Origin: an uncultured delta proteobacterium
Lineage (GTDB): Bacteria; Desulfobacterota; Desulfobacteria; Desulfobacterales; SG8-13
DNA: 64,000 nt
Assembly (NCBI GenBank): GCA_963848135.1
Contig: CAWKCK010000003.1
Location: 434,001-498,000 of the forward strand
Reading direction: 5' to 3'
Part shown: positions 35,377 through 46,591 of the stretch, piece by piece
How the letters are laid out: every line of letters starts with the position of its first letter
Position numbering within the stretch: position 1 is the first letter of the stretch
Made by a program: the position numbers and the translations under genes
The notes under the pieces: model-generated
What the model was told of the DNA's origin: nothing
Seen by the model: the letters and a program-made list of their open reading frames with translations, nothing else
Database searches by the model: none

Positions 35377-35699
35377 AATTTGTGGAATATATAGGTATTT
35401 TTATCTCTTAGTACGCTATATATTGTATAATCATCACAATTATATGTCAACAAATTCTCACAAAGTCTTGTTACCAACACTTCTATATTAGGAAGCACCA
35501 TGAGGCTTTTTGTTTGACGAGCACCAGAGGAACGGACTATGCGTAGACTTGGCGACCCACTTTAAGGGCCGTAACAAGGACAAAGAATGGATACCTTGCG
35601 ACGCTTTCGTTCAACTGCATGCTTTTTATACCCGCAAACGGGTGCATTGAATCCATGGGATATTCGGAACAGACTCACCCGTACTTAAGGGGGTGCGTA

Positions 35700-36302
35700 T
35701 TGCACGGGAACACTAAAATTTCGATAGTGTTAATCATTTTCCTTTTAAATACCACGATAAGTGGAACAGCCTTATCCGGGCCACCAGAGGCAGGAGGAAT
35801 CCTGCCGGATTTTTACTTGCCTGTTCCCGGAGAGCTTCGATACCGTCAGTATCTCGGATTGGATGAAAAGCCCGAATTCATAATTTCGGAGATAACGGCG
35901 GATGTGATAATCATTCAAATCTTTAGCATGTACTGACCGCATTGCCAACGGGAGGCTCCCGTTGTGAATCAGGTTTTTCAAGAGTTGGAGAGTAACCCGA
36001 AACTGAAAAACAGGGTCAAAATTATCGGCATAGGGGTTGGTAATTCAGACTTCGAGGTCAATTTCTTCAAAAAAACATATGAAATTAAATTTCCATTGTT
36101 TTCAGACGGTAATTTCGTCCTCCACCAAATCCTGGGAGAGGTCAGGACACCCTATTTTATAGGCGTCAAAATATACCCAGATGGAACCCATCGGGTATTT
36201 TATTCAAACCTCGGAGGAACCGGTGGAGACGCCAATCGGTTTCTGGAAAGAATACTTACAAAATCCGGCTTATCGCCCGCAATTAATAGAGGCAATCCAT
36301 AG
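35700..36302 (+). CDS. Secreted TlpA/peroxiredoxin-like thioredoxin-fold selenoprotein (UxxC), about 200 aa
   Basis: ORFs 35619-35936 and 35964-36302 are in frame across TGA 35934-35936: IQIFSMY-U-PHCQREAP. TTG start at 35700 with AGGGGG RBS and a signal peptide; SECIS hairpin follows the UGA. Confidence 0.88.
35946..35964 (+). promoter_or_regulatory. Bacterial SECIS element
   Basis: CAACGGGA-GGC-TCCCGTTG; G-initiated loop 17 nt after the UGA. Confidence 0.8.
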
Positions 36303-36332
36303 GCAAAACCAACCGATCCGAAGAGGAGAACT

Positions 36333-36935
36333 ATGCAGAAAGTTGGCAAAGGAATAGCCGCCATGATCGTCGGAAGTATTTTTCTGACGGGACATTCATT
36401 TGGGTTTTCAGACGCATTTAAGGAATATATATACAATCCCGGACAGTTAAAAGCCTTCGACAGTAAATTGAAAGTCAAGGCCGGAGAGCCGGCACCGAAT
36501 TTTACCTTACCATCGATTTCGGGCGAAAAAATAACTCTCAGTGATTTCCAAGGCCGAAAAAATGTGGTGATTTCTTTCGTTCCGGCCGCCTGGACACCGG
36601 TTTGTTCCGATCAATGGCCCGGTTACAACATTGCCAAAGAGCTTTTTGATGAAAACGATGCTGTCCTGCTCGGAATTGCAGTGGACAACATCCCGACCTT
36701 GTATGCCTGGACCAAACAGATGGGTGATGGCCTGTGGTTTCCTGTTTTGTCGGATTTTTGGCCGCATGGTGCTGTGGCCGACACCTACGGTGTGCTTCGA
36801 TCCGACGGGGTTTCAGAGCGAGCACTATTCGTGATCGACAAGCAAGGCATCATCCGGTCCATATATATTGCGGATATAAATGTCAGGCCAGATTTGGAAT
36901 ATTGCGCCACAGAGCTGAGAAAGCTGGACAGGTAA
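36333..36935 (+). CDS. Secreted peroxiredoxin (AhpC/TSA, AhpE-like)
   Basis: Signal peptide, PAAWTPVC (PxxxTxxC), LSDFWPHGAVA, ERALFVID. Confidence 0.88.
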   Translation: MQKVGKGIAAMIVGSIFLTGHSFGFSDAFKEYIYNPGQLKAFDSKLKVKAGEPAPNFTLPSISGEKITLSDFQGRKNVVISFVPAAWTPVCSDQWPGYNIAKELFDENDAVLLGIAVDNIPTLYAWTKQMGDGLWFPVLSDFWPHGAVADTYGVLRSDGVSERALFVIDKQGIIRSIYIADINVRPDLEYCATELRKLDR

Positions 36936-36938
36936 TCC

Positions 36939-37421
36939 ATGCGTTACCAGAAACCGCCCACCTGGGTATGCATACTTATTATGGCGGTACTGTTTATTCC
37001 AGGGCCAGGCAGCGCCGAACATTCGAACGAAGTACAGAAAATCGGCATCGAAGACCTGGATCAAATGGTAAGCGGAAGAGGCCGCCACCTCTTGATTTTC
37101 ATGGCGGCATGGTGCACACCGTGTATAAAGGAACTTCCCGACGTAAACGCTCTTTATAACAAGTACCGGGAACGCGGCTTAAGAATGGTCGGTATCAGTG
37201 TCGATTATGAAGGGCCGTCCGCCATGCAGCCCATCGTGGACAGGTTGAAAGTGAACTTTCCAGTTTATTGGGTGGGTGAGGCAGCCATAGACGCATACAG
37301 TATCCGCGGGATTCCCTTTCTCATCTTCATCAAAAACGGTGAAATTGTCGAAAGAATTCTCGGTCAGCGATCCAAAAATTATTTAGATAAAAAATTCGAG
37401 TCTTTTCTTGTGCATCCGTAG
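36939..37421 (+). CDS. TlpA-family disulfide reductase
   Basis: Signal peptide/anchor, WCTPCIKELP, cis-Pro loop GIP. Confidence 0.88.
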   Translation: MRYQKPPTWVCILIMAVLFIPGPGSAEHSNEVQKIGIEDLDQMVSGRGRHLLIFMAAWCTPCIKELPDVNALYNKYRERGLRMVGISVDYEGPSAMQPIVDRLKVNFPVYWVGEAAIDAYSIRGIPFLIFIKNGEIVERILGQRSKNYLDKKFESFLVHP

Positions 37422-37556
37422 GCCGCTCGTTTCGGCTGGTCAATCCCACAGGATCACACATTTCACTAAAAAACAGTTCCACCGCCGGTAAACTCGAGGA
37501 ACCCAATTATTTCGTCTAATCACTGGGGGTTTACTTAGGCTATACCGATAGAGAAC

Positions 37557-39494
37557 CTATCCGCGTTCGGATGTGTCAGGAGATAATCTTTCCACTCGGG
37601 CACGATTGACGGCATCCACAATTTGCTTTACCGAGTAAAAGTCGCTACGGAAAAGTTCTTCCCCTGATGGTGAATAAATGATCATCAGCGGGATGGTTAA
37701 ATGGCCGACCTCTTGCAGTTTGGATCTGCCGGGACCGTTACGGCCGGTAATATCCACCTTGATCGGAACGATGTCCTCACTGGCAAACAGTCGGACGATC
37801 GGATCACTGAAAATTACGCTCTGCTCAAGTGCTTTACAATTCAGGCACCATTCAGCCGTAAAGACCAGGACGACTATCTGGTTGCGCTCACCGGCTTGCT
37901 GCAAGCGTTGCGGAGTGTAATATATCCAATCGATGGGCCCCCGATCTGTCAACCGCAACCCACCGTATACCGAACCGGTGGCGAGCAGAATTCCGATAAC
38001 GACAAAGACAACTCTTGCAGATCGACCGGGTACGATTCGAACCGTTCGGTAGGCTAGCCAGAGTCCCGCGGAGGCGACAATCCCCATGACCACCCACCAA
38101 TAGCCCTGTCCCGGTGGCGCCGGAGGAGTCACTCGCAGAGCACTGACACCGGATCCGATGAAATAGGCAGCCGCTGCCAGCAAGAATAGGCCCATGACCT
38201 GCTTGACCAGTTCGCTGGCCGGTCCCGTGCGGGGCATTTTCCCCACCCATTCGGGGAGCGCTGACAAAACGACATAGGGCAGCGCCATTCCGGTGCCAAT
38301 TGCGGCAAAGACCGTCACGGTCGTTATTGGATGTTGGCTTGTCGCCCAGGCTGCGGCCGCACCCATAAAGGGGGCGGTGCAGGGCGTGGACAATATGGCT
38401 GTTAACACACCGAGCCCGAAAGAGCCGGCAAGGGTATTCTGTTCCGGATTCATCCGGTAGACGAAGTTTGGTAAACGGAGAGAAAAAAAGCCGCACATGC
38501 CGACGGCCATCACGGCAATGACGACCCCTATGAGTATGGTAAACGCGGGGTATTGAAAGAGTTGGTTGGTGGCAGTGAATCCACTTGCCAAGGACATCGT
38601 CGCTCCCAGAGCGATCCAGAAGAAAATCACACCCAGAAACATGAATAGCCCCAGCGCGAAACATCTGCGCCGGTTTTGACAGGCGTTTGACAGGCCAATG
38701 ATTTTAATTGGAATCAAAGGCAACACGCAAGGCGTCAGATTGAGTAGCATGCCACCCACTGCAGCAATGAACAATAATAACACCAGCCCCCATCCACCGA
38801 TGGCAGAGATTGAAAAGTTCAAACCAAAAAAAGAGAACCCGACAGTTTCTTGGTTAGGTTCGGGCGCAATCGGGCTGTGGTCGGAAAAAAGATCCTGATT
38901 GATGATTTGCGGATCCGCGCCTTCAACGGCAATTGGCAGGGTGACCGCCACCTCTATTTTCCGGGGAAATAAGCATACTTGTGCATCACAGGCCTGGTAG
39001 GCAACCGCTACGGAGAACCGAATATCACTCAGCGATGACTGCGTTGTTACTTCCACCGGAAAATTAACGATCGTCTGCTGGTCGAAAACCATAAGGGGTT
39101 CACGGATAAAGTTAACAGCCACCGCGTGTGCCGGTGGAAACACCGGCTGTTCGATTAGGAGTCCAGCGGGTGGGGCAGGTATCATCACTTGGGTGGGATA
39201 GGGAATAAAATCCGGGATCGGTTTTATTTGACTGGCATCGGCGGTGATATGGTAACCGGGTTCGACATCGAGAACCACGGCGAGTGAAATTCGGTCACCC
39301 GGTCTGGCGGTGTTTACAGACCATGCCGTCCAGACAGAAACAACGTCATTGGCACCGGATTGCGACTTCGAAAGGCGTTCAGAAATCGTCACCGTATCTG
39401 TTCCAGACGAGGCTGCATTTGCCAGCACTGCAAATGAAAAAAGAAGGACCAGGATGGTCGCTTTTATCCGTTGACGAGAAATCATAGGATGCAT
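37557..39494 (-). CDS. DsbD/ScsB-family transmembrane electron transporter
   Basis: Alpha domain YQACDAQVC; beta domain NLTPCVLP and STPCTAPFMG; gamma domain WCLNC. Confidence 0.9.
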   Translation of the reverse strand: MHPMISRQRIKATILVLLFSFAVLANAASSGTDTVTISERLSKSQSGANDVVSVWTAWSVNTARPGDRISLAVVLDVEPGYHITADASQIKPIPDFIPYPTQVMIPAPPAGLLIEQPVFPPAHAVAVNFIREPLMVFDQQTIVNFPVEVTTQSSLSDIRFSVAVAYQACDAQVCLFPRKIEVAVTLPIAVEGADPQIINQDLFSDHSPIAPEPNQETVGFSFFGLNFSISAIGGWGLVLLLFIAAVGGMLLNLTPCVLPLIPIKIIGLSNACQNRRRCFALGLFMFLGVIFFWIALGATMSLASGFTATNQLFQYPAFTILIGVVIAVMAVGMCGFFSLRLPNFVYRMNPEQNTLAGSFGLGVLTAILSTPCTAPFMGAAAAWATSQHPITTVTVFAAIGTGMALPYVVLSALPEWVGKMPRTGPASELVKQVMGLFLLAAAAYFIGSGVSALRVTPPAPPGQGYWWVVMGIVASAGLWLAYRTVRIVPGRSARVVFVVIGILLATGSVYGGLRLTDRGPIDWIYYTPQRLQQAGERNQIVVLVFTAEWCLNCKALEQSVIFSDPIVRLFASEDIVPIKVDITGRNGPGRSKLQEVGHLTIPLMIIYSPSGEELFRSDFYSVKQIVDAVNRARVERLSPDTSERG

Positions 39495-39589
39495 CGGCTA
39501 AAGGAATGTTAGTCTCTCGGAAGTTTTGACTATATCTTCATTTGGATATATTGGCAATCATCGAGCGATGTTCTTCATGATTGTCAAAA

Positions 39590-40096
39590 TCAGAGAAGCC
39601 AGGCATGCTCAGGGTTGATTCTTCGCAAACTCTCATACAAAACGATACCCACCGCTGTTGACAGGTTCAGGCTGCGGATATCAGAACGGGTAGGGATATA
39701 ATAAGTAGAGGTCTGATATCGGTTGAGGAGAGATGATGGCAATCCCTGGGTTTCCGAGCCAAATACCATAAAGAGTCTTTGGGGCGAAGGCATTGACCAG
39801 AAGACTGATCGACCGGTTTTTGTCAACAAAACCACTTCATCTGACCTGGGGCGTATATTCTCTTCGAAGTGCTCGAAACTCAACCAGCGGTGAAGGGTGA
39901 CTTTTGACCAATAATCGAGACCGGCGCGTTTAACTTCGCGACTATCGACGGAGAACCCCAGAGGTTCGATCAGATGCAGTTCAGCGCCAACTGCCAGGCA
40001 TGTGCGTCCGATGTTACCCGTGTTCCAATGGATCTCGGGAGCAACCAGAACCACGTGGCGCTCAATACTCGCACTACTATCGGTATCTGCACGCAT
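39590..40096 (-). CDS. trmL: tRNA (cytidine(34)-2'-O)-methyltransferase, SPOUT family
   Basis: PEIHWNTGNIGRTC, KRAGLDYW, FGSETQGL, RSLNLS. Confidence 0.92.
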   Translation of the reverse strand: MRADTDSSASIERHVVLVAPEIHWNTGNIGRTCLAVGAELHLIEPLGFSVDSREVKRAGLDYWSKVTLHRWLSFEHFEENIRPRSDEVVLLTKTGRSVFWSMPSPQRLFMVFGSETQGLPSSLLNRYQTSTYYIPTRSDIRSLNLSTAVGIVLYESLRRINPEHAWLL

Positions 40097-40412
40097 TCTC
40101 TGTTGACTTTTGGGTTCGGATGTAAGTACTAATCTGACCATCTGCAGCTGAATTTTAGTGGTTGTCAAAATAACATTCCGTACTTTGAATGTTATTTTAA
40201 CAATCACCTTTACCACCCGTCCGTATTGCGGAATTTATTTAAGAGGGGCGGTAGTGTTGGTCATGATCTGAACATTGAAGGGGCCACATTCAGCGATTAG
40301 ATTCAACCACAACCTTCATTTGGAAGCAACAGCGACTCGTCTTTTGCATTCGTTGTCGGTCTCGTAGGGCCGATCATGTGTTCCCCTCCACTAAAGCACA
40401 CATTTTGACACG

Positions 40413-41252
40413 ATGATAATCGATATCCACACGCATATATTTCCGGACGCCATTCGGGGCCGTCGGGAAAGATATTTTTTCTCAGAGCCTGAATTCGCAC
40501 TGCTTTACAGCTCTTCCAATTCTAAAATGGTCGGTGCCTCTGAACTGGTTGCCGCCATGGATGCTTGCGGAGTCGATAAGGCCGTTGTTTTCGGATTCCC
40601 CTGGAAATCGGTTGAAACATTTATCCGTAACAACGATTATGTCATAGAAGCCGTCCACCGCTATCCGGACCGCCTGATCGGATTCGGCTGCTTCGATCCC
40701 TGTCATCCGAAAGCCCTGCAGGAGGCTGAGCGCTGCCTTGAAAGCGGGCTCTGTGGTATCGGCGAGCTGGCATTTTACGCCTGCGGTATTAATGGTGATT
40801 CTTTGGCGAACCTGACACCGGTAATGGATCTTTGCCGAATAAAAAATCTCCCGGTACTCATCCACACCAATGAGCCCGTGGGGCATGATTATCCCGGAAA
40901 ATCGCCCAACACATTGCGCCAGATATATGAACTGGTCCGGCAGTTTCCAAACAATACCATCGTTCTCGGGCACTGGGGCGGTGGTATCTTCTTTTACAAC
41001 CTATTAAAAAAAGAGGTTGCCGAGAGCCTGACCAATGTATATTTCGACACCGCAGCCTCTCCCTTTCTCTACGATAACCGGATCTACGCCATAGCCACTC
41101 AATTGGTCGGTTCGGAAAAAATACTGTTCGGCAGCGATTATCCGTTGATTTCTCCGTCAAGATATTTAAAAGATGTCACGCAGGCCGGATTGACCCCAAC
41201 CGACATCGAGAATATCAGCGGTCGCAATGCGGCCCGTCTTCTCGGTCTCTGA
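40413..41252 (+). CDS. Amidohydrolase family protein (Amidohydro_2-like)
   Basis: IDIHTH, GIGEL, LIH, GHWGG, FDTAA, FGSDYP. Confidence 0.88.
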   Translation: MIIDIHTHIFPDAIRGRRERYFFSEPEFALLYSSSNSKMVGASELVAAMDACGVDKAVVFGFPWKSVETFIRNNDYVIEAVHRYPDRLIGFGCFDPCHPKALQEAERCLESGLCGIGELAFYACGINGDSLANLTPVMDLCRIKNLPVLIHTNEPVGHDYPGKSPNTLRQIYELVRQFPNNTIVLGHWGGGIFFYNLLKKEVAESLTNVYFDTAASPFLYDNRIYAIATQLVGSEKILFGSDYPLISPSRYLKDVTQAGLTPTDIENISGRNAARLLGL

Positions 41253-41391
41253 ATAGTATCTTCCTGTGTACAAGCCTTCCCATGAGGCGATAAAATGGCA
41301 AGGCATCGACGATGCCAGTCAGTCAAAGCGCCGCCAAATCGCATTTCAACCATCCGATCGCTCGAATAATATGTTGAATTTTTTCATAAAG

Positions 41392-42072
41392 TTATGAAAG
41401 TACATTCAGAGAGGCAAGTATCGGTTGTAACCCTTCGCGATGCTCAGGAGGCACCATTAAGACCGTGAGCGGCTGGTTTGCGACCAGACCGGCAGAAGGG
41501 CACGCCAAACGATTTTGCCGGTAAGCGTGGCGATTTTCCGGCGAGAGAAAGTACAACAGGACATCGATAAGATTACCGGTGCAACCGTTTTTATCCAGAT
41601 GTTCGATCGTCTGCAAAAACACTGTGTTAACAGAAAGGACATATTCCTCCACATCGGCTACACCGGATTTTTCGCAGGGGATTCTCGAAACGAAACAGCG
41701 GCAGCCAAATGGGCGTAAAAGATACACCGGGCATGCCTCCTGGCTGAGCAAGGGACATTTTTGCTTTTCAAAACTCAATACCTCTTCAGGAACCGCCTCA
41801 CCGTGCCGGCAGAGCTCGGCAATTTTATTTGTGGTCAATTGGGGCCGAAACCGTCCGGTAGCACTTTCATTTTCAAGCACTTTTTTCAAGTTTCCGCGTT
41901 GATCAGGATCCAAATGGTGGATCAGATAATACCCTTCAAGAGTGGTGATACTCACATTGAACGTACAACAGTGGGCACAGTGCTTCCGGCAGGCCGAATC
42001 CAGTCCTTCGGCAAAGTTGTCGTAAATGCGGTATATACCTTCGAGCAGGGCCAATTTTTTTTCAATACTCAT
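41392..42072 (-). CDS. YkgJ/CxxCxxCC family protein
   Basis: CRKHCAHCC...CPLL...CPVYLLRPFGCR. Confidence 0.82.
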   Translation of the reverse strand: MSIEKKLALLEGIYRIYDNFAEGLDSACRKHCAHCCTFNVSITTLEGYYLIHHLDPDQRGNLKKVLENESATGRFRPQLTTNKIAELCRHGEAVPEEVLSFEKQKCPLLSQEACPVYLLRPFGCRCFVSRIPCEKSGVADVEEYVLSVNTVFLQTIEHLDKNGCTGNLIDVLLYFLSPENRHAYRQNRLACPSAGLVANQPLTVLMVPPEHREGLQPILASLNVLS

Positions 42073-42248
42073 CGGTAACCTTTCTGTTTTTCTTTAGGAT
42101 ATCATGGATTATCTGTGTTGACTTAATAATTCGAACGCTTAGTTTTCAAATTGTCTTAGGAGAAGAACCCGATACAAACGAACCCCTAAACGAGATTCTA
42201 AAAGATAACGCCGATATTGGGCACAGAAACTAATGTTCAAGGGATTTT

Positions 42249-44023
42249 ATGACACTTTGGTTTGTTACCATACTTTTGATTGCCACCGTGGTCTTGCTGA
42301 TGACCGAAAAGCTTCCGGTGGACCTCACAGCAATTGGTATTATGGTCGCCCTTGTTCTTGCCGGAATTCTAACACCGCTCGAGGCCGTCAGTGGGTTCGC
42401 TTCACCGGCGGTTGTCACCGTGGGCGCCATGTTCATGATCAGTCAGGGAATGATCCGGACGGGTGCGGTGGGATTTATCGGGCAGAAGGTCAGCGCACTG
42501 TCACGAGGCAACACATCACTGGCGATTCTGGTAATCCTCTTGATCGTGGGTGTATCGTCGGCGTTCATTAACAACACCCCAGTCGTTGTATTGTTTATTC
42601 CGATTGTTCTTAGCTTAAGCTGCGAACTCGGCTTCAGTCCGTCGAAATTCCTTATTCCCGTATCCTACGCGTCGATTCTGGCCGGTACCAGTACGTTGAT
42701 CGGCACCTCTACCAATATTATCGTCAGTGATCAAAGTTCAGTACATGGCTATGGCCCCATCGGCATGTTCGAGCTGGCTCCTGTCGGAATTCCGATCGCG
42801 GTGCTGGGTATCATTTTTCTGATGATCGCCGCTCCCCGGTTGATGCCGAGCCACCGTTCACCGGTCTGTGAACTGGGAAACAGGGAGAACCGGCGCTATC
42901 TTGCTGAATTGGGCATACCCAAAGGAAGTCCTCTGATCGGACTCAAGGCCAATGAAGCCTTTGAAAAGGATCACCCCTCTTTGGAAGTTCTCGAGCTTAT
43001 CCGATACTCGCATATCTTCTATCCCGGACGTGACAGGGTTGAAATTGCTCCTGATGACCTCCTCCTGGTAAAAGGGTCAGCCAGCGAGCTGGTTGAAATC
43101 ATCCAATCGGAGGGAGTAGAGTTGCCCTTGCCGACAAAAGGCCTGGATTATCGGGGGGGGAGGATACCACCCTGGTTGTCGAGCTTATCATAACGCCACA
43201 GTCGACTTTGATCGGCCAGAGATTGATGGAAACCCGCCTGCAGCGGGATCCGGATGTTCATGTCATCGCCATCCAACGCAGCAACTTGCACTACACCGAA
43301 AAAAACATCGATAACATCCGATTGCGAATCGGAGATATTCTGTTGATTTGGTGCCATGAAAGCAAGCTTGAAAGATTACGGACTGAATCCGATCTGATTG
43401 TTGCCGAAGACGTGCACCATGCCATTGTTCATAAACGCAAAGCGCGCACGGCTTTTTTAATATTTACCGGTCTGATTTTCGCAGCCAGTACCGGTCTTGC
43501 GGATATCATGGTATGCGCCTTGGCGGCAGTTTTTTTGATGGTTACAACAGGTTGTCTGCAGTTGAGGGATGCTTACCGCACCCTCCAGGGGAATGTCCTG
43601 CTCTTGATTGTCGGGACCATTGCGCTGGGAAAGGCCATGGAAAAAACTGGGGCATCGCAATACTATGCCGAAGCGTTTTTGTCTCTCTTTTCGGGAGCCG
43701 ACCCCGTATTTGTGCTCGGTGGCATCATCCTGCTTACGAGTATCAGCACACAGCTGCTGAGCAACAATGCCACGGCCATCCTGATCCTGCCGATTGCCAT
43801 TTCATCTGCCGTGGGGGTGGGGGCCGATCCAAAAGCTTTCATCGTTGCTGTTTGTTTTGGTGCCAGTGCCTGTTTCGCAACCCCCATCGGTTACCAGACC
43901 AATTTGCTTGTATATAGCCCCGGGGGCTATCGCTTCAGCGACTATCTCAAACTCGGTCTACCACTCAATTTCTTGGTGTTGCTCTTGGGAACCTTGCTGA
44001 TTCCCGTTTTCTGGCCATTGTAA
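42249..44023 (+). pseudogene. SLC13/CitMHS-type permease with TrkA-C domains, frameshifted at a G8 tract
   Basis: SAFINNTP, SKFLIPVSY, LIGTSTN in the first ORF; LSNNATA, FATPIGYQTNL, PGGYRFSDY in the second. One extra G at 43153-43160 gives a single 591 aa ORF. Confidence 0.85.
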
Positions 44024-44186
44024 ACAGTGGATCGCCAAGGCTGGTACTGGTTCAGTGTGCGCCACCAATGACATTAGCTTGGGCAGTGGGACGAGAAAAT
44101 CAATTGAACCATTCAGGGCAATGGGATCTATCATTTCCGGTGAGCGGAACGAAAGCGCTAAAAATGACCCTCTTTTGCACTTCGGG

Positions 44187-44783
44187 TCAGTCGATGTGTC
44201 TGCCTTTTGGGGGATCGCCGATCGGCGGCGGGGACGGATTGACCATAGTTGGCCGGGGACTCTTTTTTTTCTTAGGCCGCTTTCGTCGTTGAGCAAGCTT
44301 TTTCTTCGATGTTTCAAGTTTTAATCTGATATTTTCCTGGTATCGCTTCAAAACCATAAAAATAACATAATACCCGGCGGCGGCCAGTGGCAGGCCCAGC
44401 ACCACACCGCCCACGATCATGGCCCAGACAATCTCCGGGGCCTTGAGGATCATGTGGTAAACGGCCGATAAACTATGGATGTCTGACCAATTAAAACCCT
44501 TCTGGATACCGATGATACGAGCACCGACCAGATAGGTAATACTGTAGATAATCGGCGCCGTGGCTGCGTTGGTAAACCACACGGAGATGGCGGCCGATAT
44601 TTTGTTCCATTTGAACAGAGCTGCCAGAGGAACGGCGATGACGGTATGCAGACCGATAAATGGCGTCATGCCGATAAAAAGCCCGAGTGCGAAGCCCAAG
44701 GCAATTTCCCGTGGCTGCCCGCGAATTTTTAGAAAGCGTTTATAAGCCTTGTATAGTGGCGAAAGAAACCAGTTGTCTTTCAT
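44187..44783 (-). CDS. DUF2062 family membrane protein
   Basis: PREIALGFALGLFIGMTPFIGLHT...WFTNAAT pattern. Confidence 0.82.
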   Translation of the reverse strand: MKDNWFLSPLYKAYKRFLKIRGQPREIALGFALGLFIGMTPFIGLHTVIAVPLAALFKWNKISAAISVWFTNAATAPIIYSITYLVGARIIGIQKGFNWSDIHSLSAVYHMILKAPEIVWAMIVGGVVLGLPLAAAGYYVIFMVLKRYQENIRLKLETSKKKLAQRRKRPKKKKSPRPTMVNPSPPPIGDPPKGRHID

Positions 44784-45271
44784 AGCCGGCAATTGAGGGA
44801 TGGTTTTCTGTTCATCGATAGGTCCCTAAGGGCGGCCCCTGATACCCTGTAATGGTCGACATCATTCAAATACGCTCCGTTGCAATTCTATTACCGAACG
44901 GATGTTTTCAGCGAAACGGGTCGCAATCAAGACTCTTTCAAACATCTCTTATGAGGATTGCCGAGCAATGCCAATTAACAACGGTGGACCTCTTTTGATA
45001 CGGGAAATTGGCATGTTATCGTATGATCAACCAGGGAAAACGCCTCTCTATAGCAGAAATAGCACCAATTTTAAACGGGGGAATGAGAAGATTGACGGGT
45101 TGGGGAGTTTTTTTCATCCTATACCAGAGAGTATGGAAGGGTTCGCAGCGAACGCGGGCACTGCCGGATGCATGCGTATGATGTTGACGCCGCTGAACGC
45201 CCTTGCCGTATCAGAACAACCTCCAACTCTCCAATGGCTCGGATATGAATCTTTCGTCCATCGGGTCGGTT

Positions 45272-46333
45272 TCACTTGATGACCAGTAAGGCGTCGTCTT
45301 CCACGGTGTCGACCCGGCCGATCAGACGAGCCGATACAACTCCATGCTGGTGAAGAGTGCTGACGAGCGGCCATCCCTGCTGTTCCGGTAACGCTATCAA
45401 CAAACCACCGCTGGTTTGCGGATCAAATAACATTTCGGCATGCCACGCCGGATATTTGCTTGCGAATATCAGATGATTTTCCACCAATTGCCGGTTGTGG
45501 GAATTCACGCCAGTCGAAATTCCTTTTTTATACATATCCAGGGCTTCTTGCATGAACGGCACGGCATCTAATGAAATTTCCAGGCGTGCCATTGACCCTC
45601 GGGCCATTTCAAATGCATGCCCGGCAAGCCCGAACCCTGTGACATCCGTTACAGCGTGAATGTCAAAACGCTGCATGGTTTCGGCCGCAACCCGATTGAG
45701 GGTGATGAGTGTTGCGATACATTCTTCCAACGCTGCGTTCGAAATCCAGCCTTTCAAATTGGCGTTAAAAAGGACACCACTGCCGATCGGTTTCGTCAGC
45801 ACCAAAGCATCACCGGGCCGGGCACCGGCATTGGTCCAATATTTTTTGGGGTGTACGACACCGGTTACAGATAGGCCGTATTTGGGTTCATCATCATCAA
45901 TCGTGTGGCCCCCGGCCAGCACGGCCCCGGCTTCCGTGATTTTGGTCAAACCGCCAGCCACGATCTGATTAAGAATTCCAGCCTCGAGTTTCTTAGAAGG
46001 AAACCCGGCCAGGTTTAAGCATGCGACCGGTCTTCCTCCCATGGCGTAAACATCGCTGAGGGCATTGGCAGCGGCGATTTGTCCGAAGACAAACGGATCA
46101 TTCACCGGCGGTGTGATAAAATCCACCGTTGTAATGATGGCAATCTCGTCGGTCAAGCGATAAACGCCAGCATCATCATTGGTTTCATATCCCACCAGAA
46201 GATTAGGGTCGTGATTCGTCGGCAGGTTCGCGAGCATTTCATTCAGTCCGACCGGACTGATCTTTGCCGCTCAACCACAGGTTTTAGAAAGGCTTAACAA
46301 CGTTGGTTTCTGCAAGTGCTTGAGTAAGTTCAT
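45272..46333 (-). CDS. selD: Selenide, water dikinase (selenophosphate synthetase), Sec-containing
   Basis: ATG 46333 MNLLKHLQKPTLLSLSKTCG-U-AAKISP (TGA 46273-46271) is in frame with the tracked ORF; DDAGVY, TVDF, AANALSDVYAMGG, GGHT, TDVTGFGL, DPQTSGGLL. Confidence 0.95.
46243..46260 (-). promoter_or_regulatory. SECIS element of selD
   Basis: TCAGTCC-GGTC-GGACTGA hairpin; loop 17 nt after the UGA. Confidence 0.8.
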
Positions 46334-46591
46334 CGAATGTCCTTGTCCGTTATTTAATCGTATCTGCCCTATCGTCGGTTCGGGTATATGTATAGAGAGA
46401 TTTAATCAATCACATAGAATATATCGATCGCAACAGTTCTGTCAAACATTCATCCTGGGAAACTTTACCCGGGAGGTCACGACCATCGGCTATTATAGAG
46501 AACGAGAGTAAAAGGGCAGATTATTCGGATCGCGGCATGTAAGGCGTTCGGTGGGAGATTGAATCGCCAAAAAACACCGGATAATGGCAGG

